DNA from: Octopus vulgaris
Taxonomy: Eukaryota
NCBI GenBank assembly: GCA_951406725.2
Contig: OX597821.1
Location: forward strand, 102,300,001-102,364,000
Direction: 5' to 3'
DNA length: 64,000 nt
Shown here piece by piece: positions 41,009-55,000 of this stretch. The notes beneath the pieces are model-generated. The model saw only the letters and a program-made list of their open reading frames with translations. It was not told the DNA's origin and ran no database searches. The position numbers and the translations under genes were made by a program. Position 1 is the first letter of the stretch. Each line of letters begins with the position of its first letter.

Positions 41009-42957
41009 GACAATTCTTAATAATATTTAATTATAAAATTTTTTCAAACATCGAATTGCTATGAGGGTCAAACCGAGTAAAATAGGAATCGAAGGGGTCC
41101 ATAGGTAAAAAACTGTTGAGAAACACTGATGTAAATTAACGATTATATCAGAGTTTTGGACAATTCACATGTGTCATTTTGATGATACATTGAACAATTG
41201 TAGAAAAAAAAAACCCATTTTTTTTTAACATTATAATCTACACAAACTGAAATGTATCAGTAGAAAAATTCCATCAAAAAATTATAAATTTTTCCGAAAA
41301 CAAAGACGCAGGTGGCGAAGTAGGTATCTGTAGTTTATACCGAAAGTATAATTTATTAGAGTATTGTTTAGCCCCAGGTAAGCACTGATCAAGCAAACAC
41401 GTATGATAAAAAATGTCCAAACCCTACTCATCGTCTTTTCTATAAGACATAATCCATACATAATCTGAATAATTTTTTTGTATTTTATTAAGCTGGTAAG
41501 GTGTAATCTGAAGAATTTTTAGCTGTTATTTTCAGCAGGTTGAGTGACCACGTAGAGAAGTGTTTGTCATTCGGCTGTCAAAGACCAGTTCAAACCGAGC
41601 ACCTAAGTGACTAAAAGCATTCCAGCTGCGACCATCCCATCTTTATAAAGCGTTACATTTAAGCCGTTAACAGGAATTTAAAATTAAATTTCACTCTGCT
41701 CCCAGTACAGAGTGCCCGGCCACAGCAATAAATACTCCGTCAATATTCTTAAATTTTGTTTTTAACACAAGGCCTGTAATTTGCAGGATGATGGGGCAAG
41801 TCGATTACATATTGGTATTTTGTTTGAGAGAAAGTTGGCCAAGACAGGATTTGACCTCAGAACGTGAAGTAATAATGATGATAAAAACAAAAAGGGCCAG
41901 AACAAATACCACAATGTATTTTTCCGACGCTCTAACGGTTCAGCCAATTCGCCGTCCTAAATTTGTTTTAAAATAATTTCAATTTAGCATTTATGTAATG
42001 TCTACCCTCTTTATTATACAGTAACGTGATTTGAGAAAGATTTGACTATTATTTCTAGCAGACCAAAACGACAACGAAAGGATTCCCCTCCGTGGCTAAG
42101 GTTTATTTGACATGTAAATGTTTTACTTAAACAGACGTGGTTTATATCATAAAAAACAAAAACAACACTGAAGAGATCAACGGCAAAAGAAACCGTATTA
42201 AATGTTATTACATATAAATGTACACAAATTTACTAAATACACTAACAGGCACTAACTAACCATATACATCTTTCTAAAAAGGATGGGCCAGGAAATGACC
42301 GGCATTCGTTCAAATCTGTTGCTATGAATTGTGGTTGCGTGGTCGTAGAGAAAGATGAGAGTTAATTTCCGCTTGTGTCATATGCTTTGATAGAAATAGT
42401 ACCTGCCATGACATGACAACGCAAACACCTCGACCACAACAGCAGCATCACAAACACCATAACCCCAAGGAACGTCATACATAATAACAATATGTTATAC
42501 TGTCGTATGTCCAAATGCGTATCTCCAGCTGCTTCAGATGACAAGATATAAAAATTGTCGAAGTGAAGTACAACGGTTTTGCTATGGAATGGTCAAACTA
42601 TTTTTTCGTTTTCTGAAAAAGCAACGTTTTGGACTTACGACACTTTTGCATTATAGCAACGATATAAACACACACACACACAAAAACATTGTGTTGTTGC
42701 TTTCATGTGAAGTTATATACAAAAACTATTTAACATTAAACTCAATAGTTTTTTTTTTTTTAGCATAATACATATTTACTAATTTTTACAAGTTTCGACT
42801 GACCAGCTACCATCATGTGTGTGTGCCATGATGGCTGGTAAACCTAAAACTTCGTAGTCACAAACTTTCCCTTGGAAATAAATAAATAAATGCTATATAT
42901 TTTCCGATTATCCGATTGCACTCAACAAGGTATGGGTCGACCCGAGGTTATTGAAAC

Positions 42958-42993
<36 letters not shown>

Positions 42994-45900
42994 CAAGATT
43001 AAAGTTCTCATTGGAACTATTTTCATCCCCATCCTAGTCTCCACTTATTTATGAGAAGACAAGGTGGAGTTTGCATCCCTAAAATTTTAAAACCAAGCTT
43101 CATATTATAAGCTAGCAATTTGCCTGCCCTCGCATCTTTTCAATCCTCATGAAAAAACTGGATAACTCCCCTCCAATGAATTATGATGAATGAATTATGA
43201 AATGAATTATGCCTCTGTTAATGCCAACAAGAACAAATTAAAGAGCGAAACATCATCATTGTTTTAGTACCCCTTTTCCATGTTCGCAAGGGCCGGACGG
43301 TATTCACTAAGATTTTATACGACTTGATGCCTTTCCCGTTACCAACCCAAGGCAATATTTTCCTATGAAGACACGTTTCCAAGAAAGACAACTGTCTGCA
43401 TATGACGCATTGTGAAGTGAAGAAAACAGTAACACAGACACAGGCGACAGGTTTCTTTCAGTTTGTCTACCAAATCCACTCACGAAAATTAGGTCAGCTC
43501 GAGACAGTGTCTTAAAAAGAGTTCCACTAACATCATGAAAGCAAGTGTAGAAAGAAGATATAATAATGCTAAGGATAAACTGTTCGGAAAAAACATATAC
43601 TAAAGAAAGAAAGAAAAAAAAAAAAAACCCACGAGATTGTCATAGGTAGATTGTGTATGATCATCTTTAACCATAAGGTCATCTCGACCTGGAGAACAAG
43701 TGATTCAGAACGGTAAGGGAAAACCTTTTTGTTTTCAAGTGTCAACGCTCTGCCGATCGCATTACAGAAGCTAGAGATTAACCTATATAATCTAAATTAA
43801 AGCACATTTTTCGTCACACTATTATATTATTAAGTAAACGTTAGTAAAAACAAATAAGCTGCTTTTAATTTAATGACACTGAAAAAGAGAAAGGAATGAC
43901 AAATTTTTATATAGGATGAACCATACCTCAAGTAGTGGAGGTTGTGGTAGTAAGTATAGTAAATAAAGTGGGAACTGCGATGCACTGGTGCACCGCAAGG
44001 GGTATTTAAGTGCGCTGCGGGCTTTAAAATCTTACACTCTCATGCTTGAGTGTCGTGACAAAAAAGTTTTATTTAGAAGTATGAATAATAAAAACAACGT
44101 AAGAAGCAATTGTGGGCGAACTTTCAGAATAGCCATCCCACTTAAGTTGGAATTTCTGTTTTAGGGATTTTCTCAATTTTTTTGTACCTACATTTCAAAA
44201 GAATGGGGAAACGGGTGGGGGAAACCCCATCGTGTCTTCGCAACAGCAACCACCACTAAAATGATCATTTTTTTTTTTTTCGGACAGAAAAATGTTTTTA
44301 CAAACTGGCAAAAGTATGAAGGAATGAAAAGAAAAACGATAGGTGACCTTTGGTTTTAAGACAGCTGCCTTAAATAACAACATCAACCCTTTTGTTACTG
44401 TGTTTATTTTGAGATATTCAATATTTCTTTCAATTATTTAAAATATAACAAAGAATTTAATTAAATAACTTAATTATCATTAAGCTAATGTTAGGGACAA
44501 AAATTGCAACTAAGGTTTGGTGGAAGATTTTAACTCAAAACTTATGAAAACAAGACATTTATTTGTACTACAGAACCAGAAGCGGTTTTAGCCAGGTTGG
44601 TAAGAAAAGGGTTAAAACAGTTTTAATTTTAAACAACTCCATTATACCGCATCCACAGACACCTAAATGCATAGTAGCTTTTTGTGACTGCTAATATCAC
44701 GAGAAGGTACTATACATGTAGTACTTCAGAAATAACAGCTGAGGTACACCGTTCCAACGTACTTATACCCAGCAACGAATAACATCACCGAGAGGTAATT
44801 CAGTGACTTGTATGTCGAGGAATGATAGCCAACACTGTTACATGGGAGCGATGCAATAATCCTTGCACGAAAACTTTTACAGAAAGAACCGACGGGAAAT
44901 GGTGGCATTGTTCCTGTCGATTCACGTTTTATACTGTTTATCAGAATTCACCGCCGTGACTTTCGGTTAGGTTTTTAAAGAAATCCCTAACGGCATCCAC
45001 GGTTTATGTTCACAGGTTGTTTTAATTTAGACCAGTGGGCTCGAAGGTAAAGAATACGTACACCCCACCCGTTTTCGGCGTAACAAAAACCGGCATTCTT
45101 TCGATATAGCTCGACAAAATCAAAACACTTCATTTCGGGTATTTCCGTGGAAGCAAATGAGTTCGATTCCGTTTTCTGCTTGGAAATTCGCGAATTTTAC
45201 ATACATGAAACATTGCTGGCATAATTTCGTTATAGCTATACTCCACAACCCACGGAAATACCCGAAGTGAAATGTCTCGACCATGTCGACCTATATCGAA
45301 GGAATGCCCCAAAACCCTAACCCCTAGTGTGCGTATTCTTTATTTTCGCCATTATATATATGTCAGGCAAAAACGAAATTCGTTGTTTACTTATGTCAGT
45401 TCACGTTTATGACAAGGCCGGCTAATAACAAACCTATTCAATCAATTTACTTTCAGTTTTATTTTGAAAACCACTAAACTGTTTTCTAACCTCTAACAGT
45501 AATTAACCCACGTGGTGACAATGTCGAAGCCGGTCGAATATCGCTCGAAATGTTTATGTGAAGACGCTAGCACATTCGTTATTAAAATATCCGTTTAACT
45601 GAGTTTCTGTTAGATGAGATTAATATATAACCATGCCTTTCCTACGCCACGAAAGGTCTATGAAATACAGTAAATATTAATTTCTAATCGAAACACAATG
45701 TCATATTTTGAGAGAGTATAATTAAGACAGACCGTAATTTCGATCTTTGTACATATAAAATAGCGAACGAAATAGTAAGCAAAATAATCTGTAATGGTAA
45801 ATACAGGAATTCCCTTTTTTTATTCTGTTCGAAGTATTTAATATAGTTTCTTTAACTTTTAAATATATGCAGAGCAATGCTCAGATAATTATTTGAAACC

Positions 45901-48560
45901 TCTTGTAAATTTATCTGCGAACAATTATCGATTCTAGAAGGGTGAAAAGCCAGGATGGCCACTCCGAAAGTAAAGATATTTAGTGGTACATTCTAAAGCA
46001 GATGAACTTTTCTGGCGGAATTTTAGAACAGCTAAAAGAGCGGTTTTCTTCTGTAATATCCTCATGTTTCATACGACAGAAATTGAAATTATGAGTCTGA
46101 CCCCCACTCCCAATCTATTTATTTTTTTTTATATACATTTCTTTCCAGCCTTTCCGCTGAGGTAAGGGACTACGAAGGCACAGCTGTTCCAAAACTCTGC
46201 CGATTCCCTTAAGACGAGAGTGAATTGTAAAAACCGTATTTTAACGTGTATGAGGAACCCTTTTTCTATCAAAATTAGGTTTCTAAATTTTAAGCCCTCC
46301 AAATTTGAGGGTTCCTTATACACGTTAAAATATGGTAATTAAGAATCTGCGAAAGTATACACGCCAATCAAAAATAACGAATCGTTTAAGTTCATAAGCA
46401 ATTTAAATGTCAGTATGAATGAGTTCAACCTCAAGTACTTCTCGTACTTAAAAAAAGAAGTAAATATGATATAATAAATTGTCGCACTGGTCTCAAGGTT
46501 TGAACCATTAAAAATTTTTTTTAGATTTTTCAGATATTCATCAATGAATTGTTTCAAATTTGAATGTTTAAAAGCAGGTAAAAATGTGATTTCCCCACCG
46601 ATGCTGTCAAGAAAATATTTAAAATAATAACTAAAATATTTTAAAAAGGGGGGGAAAAAAATACATACATAGCGATGCAAACTTAGAGACTTTTCTTCGG
46701 TTAAATTCCATTGGTGTCGGTTGCGTGTAAACAAACAGGCAGAGAGAGAGATGTGAACCGTTGAAAAAGGAGTGAAACAATCTATATGGGATCTCGCCCC
46801 AGTCAAGTTATTGTCACGGACAAGAGATTAATTTGCAACTTTAAATTTACTACTACTACTGTTACAAAAAAAAAAAAAAAAAAATCAAGTATTATGATTA
46901 TCGAGACGGGGTGCGGTGGCGGTGATAGTCCTAGAGGGACGAGTAATGATATAAATAAAAACGAGATGGATAGTTGACATTGTTTCTGTTCTTTATTTGT
47001 TACGGGGTCACGAACTGGGAAAGCAGCAATATTTATCATAGCTATTGTGGGTTTTTTTTTTTTTTTTTTTTTTAAATAGGAAAAGCAGCGAGGATAGTCA
47101 TGGACACAATAGAAAAAGAAAGGAAAGAAGAGAGAAACGAGGAGTGGCAGCAAAGAGAAGGTTTATATTATTATTATTTTTTAAGACGTAAGCCGGCGGA
47201 ATAGTAAACACGCCGGGCAAAAACGTCTTTAAGTTCTGAATTAAAATTCCGCCGAAGTCGACTTTGCCTTTCTTCGTTTCGGAGTCGATAAATTAAGTAC
47301 CATCGTCGATGTAAAAAACTAGTCCCCTCCCAACAAATTTCAAGCGATGTGCCTATTATAGAAAGGATTAGTATTGTTGTTACAGGCAGAATCGTTAGCA
47401 TGTTAGACGAAAATGCTTAGCGGTATTTCGTCTGCCGTCACGTTCTGAGTTCAAATTCCGCCGAGGTCGACTTTGCTTTTCATCCTTCCGGGGTCGATTC
47501 CAGTACCAGTTACGCACTGGGGTCGATATAATCGACTCAATCCGTTTGTTTAGCCCCTTGTGGGTAGTAAAGAAATAGGTATTTCGCCAGTCGCTACGTT
47601 CTGAGTTCAAATTCCGCTGAGGTCGACTTCGCTTTTCATCCTTTCGGAGTTGATAAATTAAGTACCAGTGAAATACTGGGGTCAATGTAATCGACTTAAT
47701 CCCTTCCCCCAAATATGAGGTCTTGTGCTTCCAGCAGAAAGGATTATTATTATTGTTTGAGAGAAAAGAAAATTTAGCTTAGACCACGAGAATAATTTGC
47801 TCTGGACTAGATCGAATAACAAGAATGTTAAGTTGGTTTGTTGTTTGTAGTAGTTTTTCATAGGGTGAAGAGTGGGTTTACAAAGGGAAAAAAATTGGGT
47901 GGGTGTGGATATTTAACCCTACGTAATTTACCGATTTTAAAAATTTTATTTTCAAAATTAATTGAAACAAATGGCAACGAAAAAGGAGCAATAAAAATTT
48001 GGCACAAAGCCAGCAATGTTAGGGGAGTTCGTTGATAACCTTATTTTATTGACCGTGGAAGAATGAAAGGCAAAGTCGAACTAGACGGGATTCAAACTCA
48101 GAACGTAAAGAGCCAGAAGAAATGTTGCTAAGCATTTTGTCCGACACGCCAACGATTCTGCTGGCCGCCTTCAGTTGCAAATTATGACATAAGGCCAGTA
48201 ATTTTAGGGAAGGGATTATGTTGGTCTGATCGATTTCGGTATTTGACCGGTACTTTATTATATAGACGTCGACAGGGTGAAAGGCAAGGTCGACCGTGGC
48301 GGAATTTGAACTCAGAATGTAAAGAGCCGGAAGAAATGATACTAAATATTTTTGTACGAAGTGCTAACGATCCTGCCACCCTGTTACCTTGAATTTGAGA
48401 TGGTATTAAACGTTGGCGGTTTTTCGAACTTTGTACATATATGTTGGAGGAAACTGAAATATAAACAGGATAGTCAAGATCGGTCATTCTTGTGATTCTT
48501 AAACGGTTCATCATTTGTTTGTAATATTTGAACGGTGACAAGTCTAAACAAATGCCATTC

Positions 48561-48886
48561 ACATTTGACGGATATTTGTCCTCCTCTTTGTTGTTAACAC
48601 AACGTTTCGGCTGATATACCCTCCAGCCTTTATCAGGTGTCTTGGGGAAATTTCGAGCCTGGGTTCTCATTCCTATGTTGTTGTTGTTATTATTATTATT
48701 ATTATTCAGGTCACTGTCTGGAATCGAACTCGGAATCTTGGGGTTAGTAGCCCGTGCTCTTAATCACTACGCCATATGCCCGGGAATATGGGCGTAGTGC
48801 TTAAGAGCGCGGGCTATTAACCCCAAGATTCCAGGTAGTGATCTGAATAATAATAATAACAACAACATACCTTAGGAATGAGAACC
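48561..48886 (-). mobile_element. tRNA-promoter + hammerhead composite element with an inverted 5' duplication
   Basis: A box at ~48762-48774, B box GAGTTCGATTCC at 48720-48731, (AAT/AAC)n spacer, hammerhead at 48596-48641; palindrome 48662-48886. Confidence 0.7.
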
Positions 48887-51608
48887 TCGTCCCCTCAAAA
48901 TTGCAGGCCTTGATAATAATTAGCATTATCTACTGTTATTATAAAAGAGGCAAACTGGTAGAATCATTAGATTGGTAGAAAATGCCTTGCGGTATTTGTT
49001 CCGACTCATTACATTCGGAGTTCAAATCTAATCGAGGGTGTCTTTGTAACGCTCGTGCATGTCTAAAAGTGTCAAGGGGAAGGTTCAAAAACAAAAAAAA
49101 ACAAAAAACGTGACAGTGTGAATGAAGAAATATGTCAAATATGTGACTATTATTTGTCTTTACTCTAGCCAGCACCAATCGTTTCATCTTGCCTTATTTG
49201 CGCTGCAAGTAAAAACTACAACTGAAATCCTGTTTAAAAAAAGGTGGACGTCTTACGCCAGTCTGGCTTTCTAAGTTGATGATGTCCGTCGTCTCTATAC
49301 ATTCAACATATTCCAACGTCATTCATGCTACAAGATCTACCTTCTCACATGTCAATTTGCCGCAGTCGTCACGTAACGGTTATAAAGCCAGGTTGAAAAG
49401 CGAGGAAAGTAAAGCTCGCTGAACAAAACTAAACCACACTCCCCACACATCACACGCAAATATGAACTTAGGCAACAAAAATAGATAAGTTGTCAATCTT
49501 TTTTGCCAAACCAGAAGAGTCCTTATAGTTAGTGTTTACTAACTGTTTTTATATTTTAGTCATTAACCCATAAAGTGCTAGGATTTGCACTTACATAGCA
49601 TGAACTGCTGAGCACATTTTATGAAAATGAGACTACCATGCACACATAAAAAATATTTAAAAAATAGTCAAAATATCTTCTTAGTATAAAATGGTGGCAA
49701 GTTTTACATCATCTGAAAAGTCATTAGTTGAACTATTTAGTCCTCTTGCATTCTGGGGGGTATCGGAGTGTTTGAATGACATTAGACCCCAACAAACGCC
49801 CATAACTTAAATGCACCTATCTGGGCCACAATTGTGCCCTGTTGACCCGTGCCTAACGGCCACCATCGTGGCCCGTCGCGCTTTATGTGTTAAGCTACTG
49901 CGAAATAAAATCTTAACCGGGATAAAAAGCTGGTAACAGTGACCATCTGTACGGTTCGGTTTGCTAGAAGCAACAGCCAAATCTACTCCAAATCAGATAT
50001 CTTCTTTCTATTCAAAAAAAAAAAGAAGACAACAATGAAGTTGCAATAATCAGGACGAGGAGTGGGAGATAGATACTATGAAGACGAGATTTTGTCTCCA
50101 AATGCTGGTCTTAGTCATTGGACAGCGGCCATGCTGGGACATCGCATTGAAGGGTTCAGTTGAATAAATCGATCACAGTACTTATTTTCCGAAGTCTGGT
50201 ACTTATTCTATCGCTGTTTTGTCTAAACGCTAAATTGGGACATAAATAAACCAACACTGGTTGTCAAGCAGCGGAGAGGGACAAACACAAAGACACACAC
50301 GCGTTACATACGATGAGTTTCCATACAGTTTCCGTCGACCGGGGACTCTAATAGATGACTCTTGTCCAAGGTGCTAATCATGTCTGCTAGATCAAGGCTG
50401 CGCTGGAGCTGAACAACAACAGTATCTTAGACAGCTGTCTTAGTATTATTATAAGCCCCAGGGAAAATCAGTGCACTGGGTCCTATAGTATTTATTGACA
50501 GCATTATGTATACATTACATACACAGACATATGTAAATGTATACATATCTATCTATCCATCCACACACAAACGCGATGAGCTTTCACAGTTTCCGTTAAA
50601 TTCGCTCACAAGACATTGGTCGGCCCGGGACTGTAGAAGACATTTGCCTAAAATGCCAAGGAGTGGGAACGAACGCGAAACCACGTGGTTGCAAAGCGAA
50701 TTTCTTAATCACACAGCCATGCCCACGCCTATATCTGAACTACACATGTAAATAAACATGAGCCGGTCACAGCTGGAGTACTTTTGATCGTAGGTATGCG
50801 CGATCAAGATGACACGGAGATTAAAAAAATATAAAAAAACGACCACCTCCACCTGCTGCTATTGTATCGTACACACACACAGACACTCAGCAGCAAAAAA
50901 CAAACAAAACTGAATTCATAGACGGAGAGAGAGAGCACTTGGCTGGTGATAAATTTATGTATCAAATACCGCAACTGGTGGACTTCGACACCTCAGCGTT
51001 TATAGTTCCGTTGAAATTTATGAAGTTTTAGGCCTTTCTTAGATAGACTGTAAGTACTTGAATGTTATCACAAGTAGGTATGATAATAGCCCGTTACTGT
51101 TCTGTTCTGTATAGATTCAAGTCGACCTCTGACACTTCAGATGACCCCCAAACTCAGAAAGGGAAGGAAGAGGGGGAGAGAGAGAGAGGTAGGTATGAAA
51201 GAGGGAGATGGAAGGAGGGACAGAGAGGGGTATAGAGGAAATATTCTAACTCTTCACTTTCAGAATTTTTCTCACTCTGAGATGAAATAGGAAACAGTTA
51301 TTGGGCATAGAGAATCAATGACTCACAGACGCCAGCCATTTCCCCCTGATTTCTTTTTTTCAACCACCAGAACAACTTAGGACTTATGAAAGGAATGCTT
51401 CATTTACTCAGAACGTATGAAAATAGTTGGGAATAAAAAAACAACAACAACAAAAGAGAATGAGGGGTAAGTCAGTGTTAGCTTATTTAATGCAGGGATC
51501 ATTAAAAATAGCTAACTATAAATAAACATGCGGCGAAGAAAAAAAAACCCTCAAAAAAGAAAAACAAACCGATATTCTATATCGGTTAATGAGTAATAAT
51601 CTCTTTTT

Positions 51609-52226
51609 GGTACTTTTTGGTTATCTCACTCCCATTAAAAACTGGGTTATCCCCACCCCCGTTTTACGAGAAATATCGGTTCTTTTGGTTATACCTAACT
51701 AAAAAAATTGTTTAACCGTCAACGACAACAAAAAAGAAAAAGAAAAAATTAATAAACATAAAAAGCGAAAAGATGAAACATCGCTTTGAATCTCTCTTTT
51801 ACTTGTTTCAGTCATTTGACCGCGGCCATGCTGGAGCACCGACCTTAGTCGAGCAAATCGACCCCGGGACTTATTCACACGGTTCCGAGTTCAGTCCCAC
51901 TGCGTGGCATCTTGGGCAAGTGTCTTCTACTATAACCTCGGGTCGACCAAAACCTTGTGAGTGGATTTGGTAGACGGAAACTGTGTGTGACTGTGTTTGT
52001 CCCCCTAGCATTACTTGACAACTGATGCTGGTGTATTTATGTTCCCAATAACATTTTTATAACAAATCATACCATGCCTATCGAGGAGGCCTAACGCCAA
52101 CAATGAGTTCAAGTATTGAATCAAAAAGACCTCTTTTAATCCAATCTCTTGTCGTCACATTAACTGGATTTTTTAGTAGGGAGATATGGCAATTTTTTAA
52201 AGGGGGTGAGATAAACAAAAAGTACC
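51609..52226. mobile_element. Merlin-like MITE family 1 containing SINE A fragments
   Basis: GGTAC...GTACC termini; TSD ctcttttt/ctcttttc. Confidence 0.7.
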
Positions 52227-52486
52227 CTCTTTTCTTTTTTTCTGGGTTAGTTTGGGAAAGAAATTCAGACAAGTCCCACTCTTTTCTGGTCTCATCAGTA
52301 AAGCATAGAGTTCACTGTAATTATCTAAGAAGAACCGAAAGAGTTGCTAAGTAAACGAGCGGCTATAGGATTAACATATAATCTCCTCGATCAAAATTGA
52401 GAAAATATCGGACAGCTGCTGTAGAACTGAAGAAAAATAAACAAGAGATTTAAGTGAATGCGAAATACACGCTAACATTAGCCATT

Positions 52487-52918
52487 TTGTTTTATATTTG
52501 GTTTGTAAGATTCTTGATGTGAACTCGTGTGTTGAAACATATCTTGCTGTATTTTGGGAAGGTCATTATATCAGTAATAAACACACGCACTGGTTCTATT
52601 TCACTTCTTTATTTGATAATTGGTTAACTATTTAACCAATAGATTTTTTTGGTTAATCGTTCGGCCAATCAATCAACAAAGTTTGTTACCACTCGCGACA
52701 CCATCAAGAACAGCTTCATCATCCAGCAGTCCTGGACTATAGAAATAGCATGTAATCGGTGAAGTCGAAAATGGTGTTGAAAGGACTTTGACAAAACTAG
52801 CTGACTGATTGATTGACTGAACGATTAATCAAACAATCAATTACTGAAATGGCCGACTAATTGATAAAAAAATAAAGTGAGATAGAACCAGCGCGCGTTT
52901 CTCATTGGCATAATGACC
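52487..52918. mobile_element. Older fold-back element related to 24212-24470
   Basis: Shared ttggtttg.aagattctt.at.tga..tcgtgtgttgaa.catat leader; inverted arms ~52561-52690 / 52790-52918. Confidence 0.6.
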
Positions 52919-53071
52919 CACCTGAGATTTAAAAAAAATACGATTTACATCTGCTTTACATTGTTACATTTGTTTCTTAGCCCTAACTTTAAACTATAAT
53001 ATCGCATTAAAATTTAGCTGAGTAAACCCTAAACCCTTTCCAACCACTACGTCTTTTGAAAGGCAATATTA

Positions 53072-53528
53072 CAGTAATCACTCGCCATATTGCGCCCTCG
53101 GTACATCGCTAATTTTTCTGGCTAATAGATGTAAATTTATATCGCGGACTCCTCAGTTTATCGCGGGTTTCTGCGGCCGACAGGTATTTATATTTTTTTA
53201 GATTTTAATTATTTCTGTGGTAAAATAAGCATTTTCACACCAAAAAGTTGATAAAAATACAGTACAGCACTGCACTGTATAACAAATAAAATTTATAAAT
53301 AAAAGAAAATACGTAGTGTACCGTAAATGAGAGTAAACAAAGAATCGCACATACTATAGGGAAAACGAAACTCGGGAGACGAGTGTATGGTGTTGTTTTG
53401 CATTTATAATAATATAGACTTATACAAATTATAAAAAAGAAAAAAATACACTACTGTTTCTACGCGGATTTTCACCTATCGCGGGGTTTTTTTGGAACGT
53501 AACACCCGCGTTAGTCGAGGTATTACTG
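53072..53528. mobile_element. Tc1/mariner-pogo-like MITE
   Basis: TA|CAGTAAT.. ..ATTACTG|TA termini; repeated tatcgcgg subterminal motifs. Confidence 0.6.
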
Positions 53529-54592
53529 TAAACCTTTCCCCATCAAGATAGGAACACGAGAATAATTTGTAACGTATTCAGTCAGTGCCAATACAGAACC
53601 TCTGGTAAATAATATACCAAGTCGACACAAATGGTTATCGTTACATAAACGAAAGAGTGACGTTTATTAAATTTACACCAACAACAGAACTGGTAATACG
53701 TAGCATTATTTTGTTATTCTATCGTTGTGCATTGGCTTACTGTAAGAAAGAAGAAAAGGTCATGTTACTTTTAGTAGGATGGACTTTTTATTTTCCTTCC
53801 TGTTTATGTAATTTTGTAGTAGTATTTTTAGATAAGACAAAAGAAAAAAAAAAGATACTTGATTTCGGCATCTTTTGTAAATGCAGCAACAAAGATACTC
53901 TTTCATTTCAAAGCAGTCGAAGGACAAAAGACACTTGACGAGAAATGTTAATAGCATTTCATTTATCTTTTCTCTCTCTCTCTCATTTTATTCTTTTACT
54001 TGTTTCAGTGACTAAGACTGCGGCCATGCTGGGACAACTCACTTGAAAGGTTTAGTCGAAAAAAGACCGATCTCTGTACTTATTCTTTTAAACAATCCCA
54101 TACTCATACAATCGGACCTTTTTGCCGAACCGCTAATTAATGGGTGCGTAAACAAACCAACATCGGTGGCCAAGGAATGTGGCAACAAAGGGTACGTACA
54201 CACACACACATAAATATGTATAAGACAGGCTTCTACACAGTTTCCGTCCACTTGATTAACTATTAAAGTATTGGTCAGTCCAGGCCTATAGCAGGAGACA
54301 CTTGCCCAAGGTGTCCTGCGATGGGACTGAACTCAAAACCAGCGATAGGAAAGCTAACTTCTTAACCACACAACCATACCACACTCCTCCCCCCTCTTTT
54401 CACACACAATATTCATTCTCTCCTTTTTCTTTATCTCTTCCTATCATAATCCTGGCTTTTTTATGTCTGTTTTTGCATATATAGTTTTCTCAATAATCTT
54501 TATTTTTTTCCGAAGAGGGATTTTTTCTGAAACGTCAACGCCTTCTTAATAACTCCACACCAATTTTATTAAACTATTCTTTTTTTTAACGA

Positions 54593-55000
54593 GGATCTTT
54601 TCGGTTTGAACAGCAGTTTTTTCTAGCGGTGTCATATGAAATTGTCACCCATATTATGACCCTAGTATCGATCTATTGCATTTCAATCTGTTTTAGGGTT
54701 CGGGGTGGGGGGAAGGGTATCTTTTTTTCTTCACAAATGTAAATAAACTCAATCTGTTTCTTAAACGAGGGACATATTCATACGGCACAGAATATTTTTT
54801 AAACCTCAATAGACGTATTTGATTTGCTGAAATTGCAGAAATTGAAGAAAAAAACAAATATCTTACAAACTATAGAATTTTCTCAATAAAGCCAAGAGAA
54901 AAATATGTTTTATAAACACATTCTACCAGTATACGAAGTTTAACATTTTTTAGTTACCTAGAAATTATGTTAAAAACTGCCGTTCAAACCGAAAAGATCT
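54593..55000. mobile_element. Merlin-like MITE family 2
   Basis: TIR GGATCTTTTCGGTTTGAAC.GCAGTTTTT; TSD tttaacga/tttgacga. Confidence 0.7.

Noticed and set aside
42780-42860. Inverted pair of hammerhead-like motifs
   Set aside because: The cores (aTGATGG, AAAAC) and stems are too degenerate to support.
48708-48780. tRNA gene
   Set aside because: A/B boxes are present, but it is embedded in a repeat with a simple-repeat linker and an inverted duplicate; treated as a SINE-type head.
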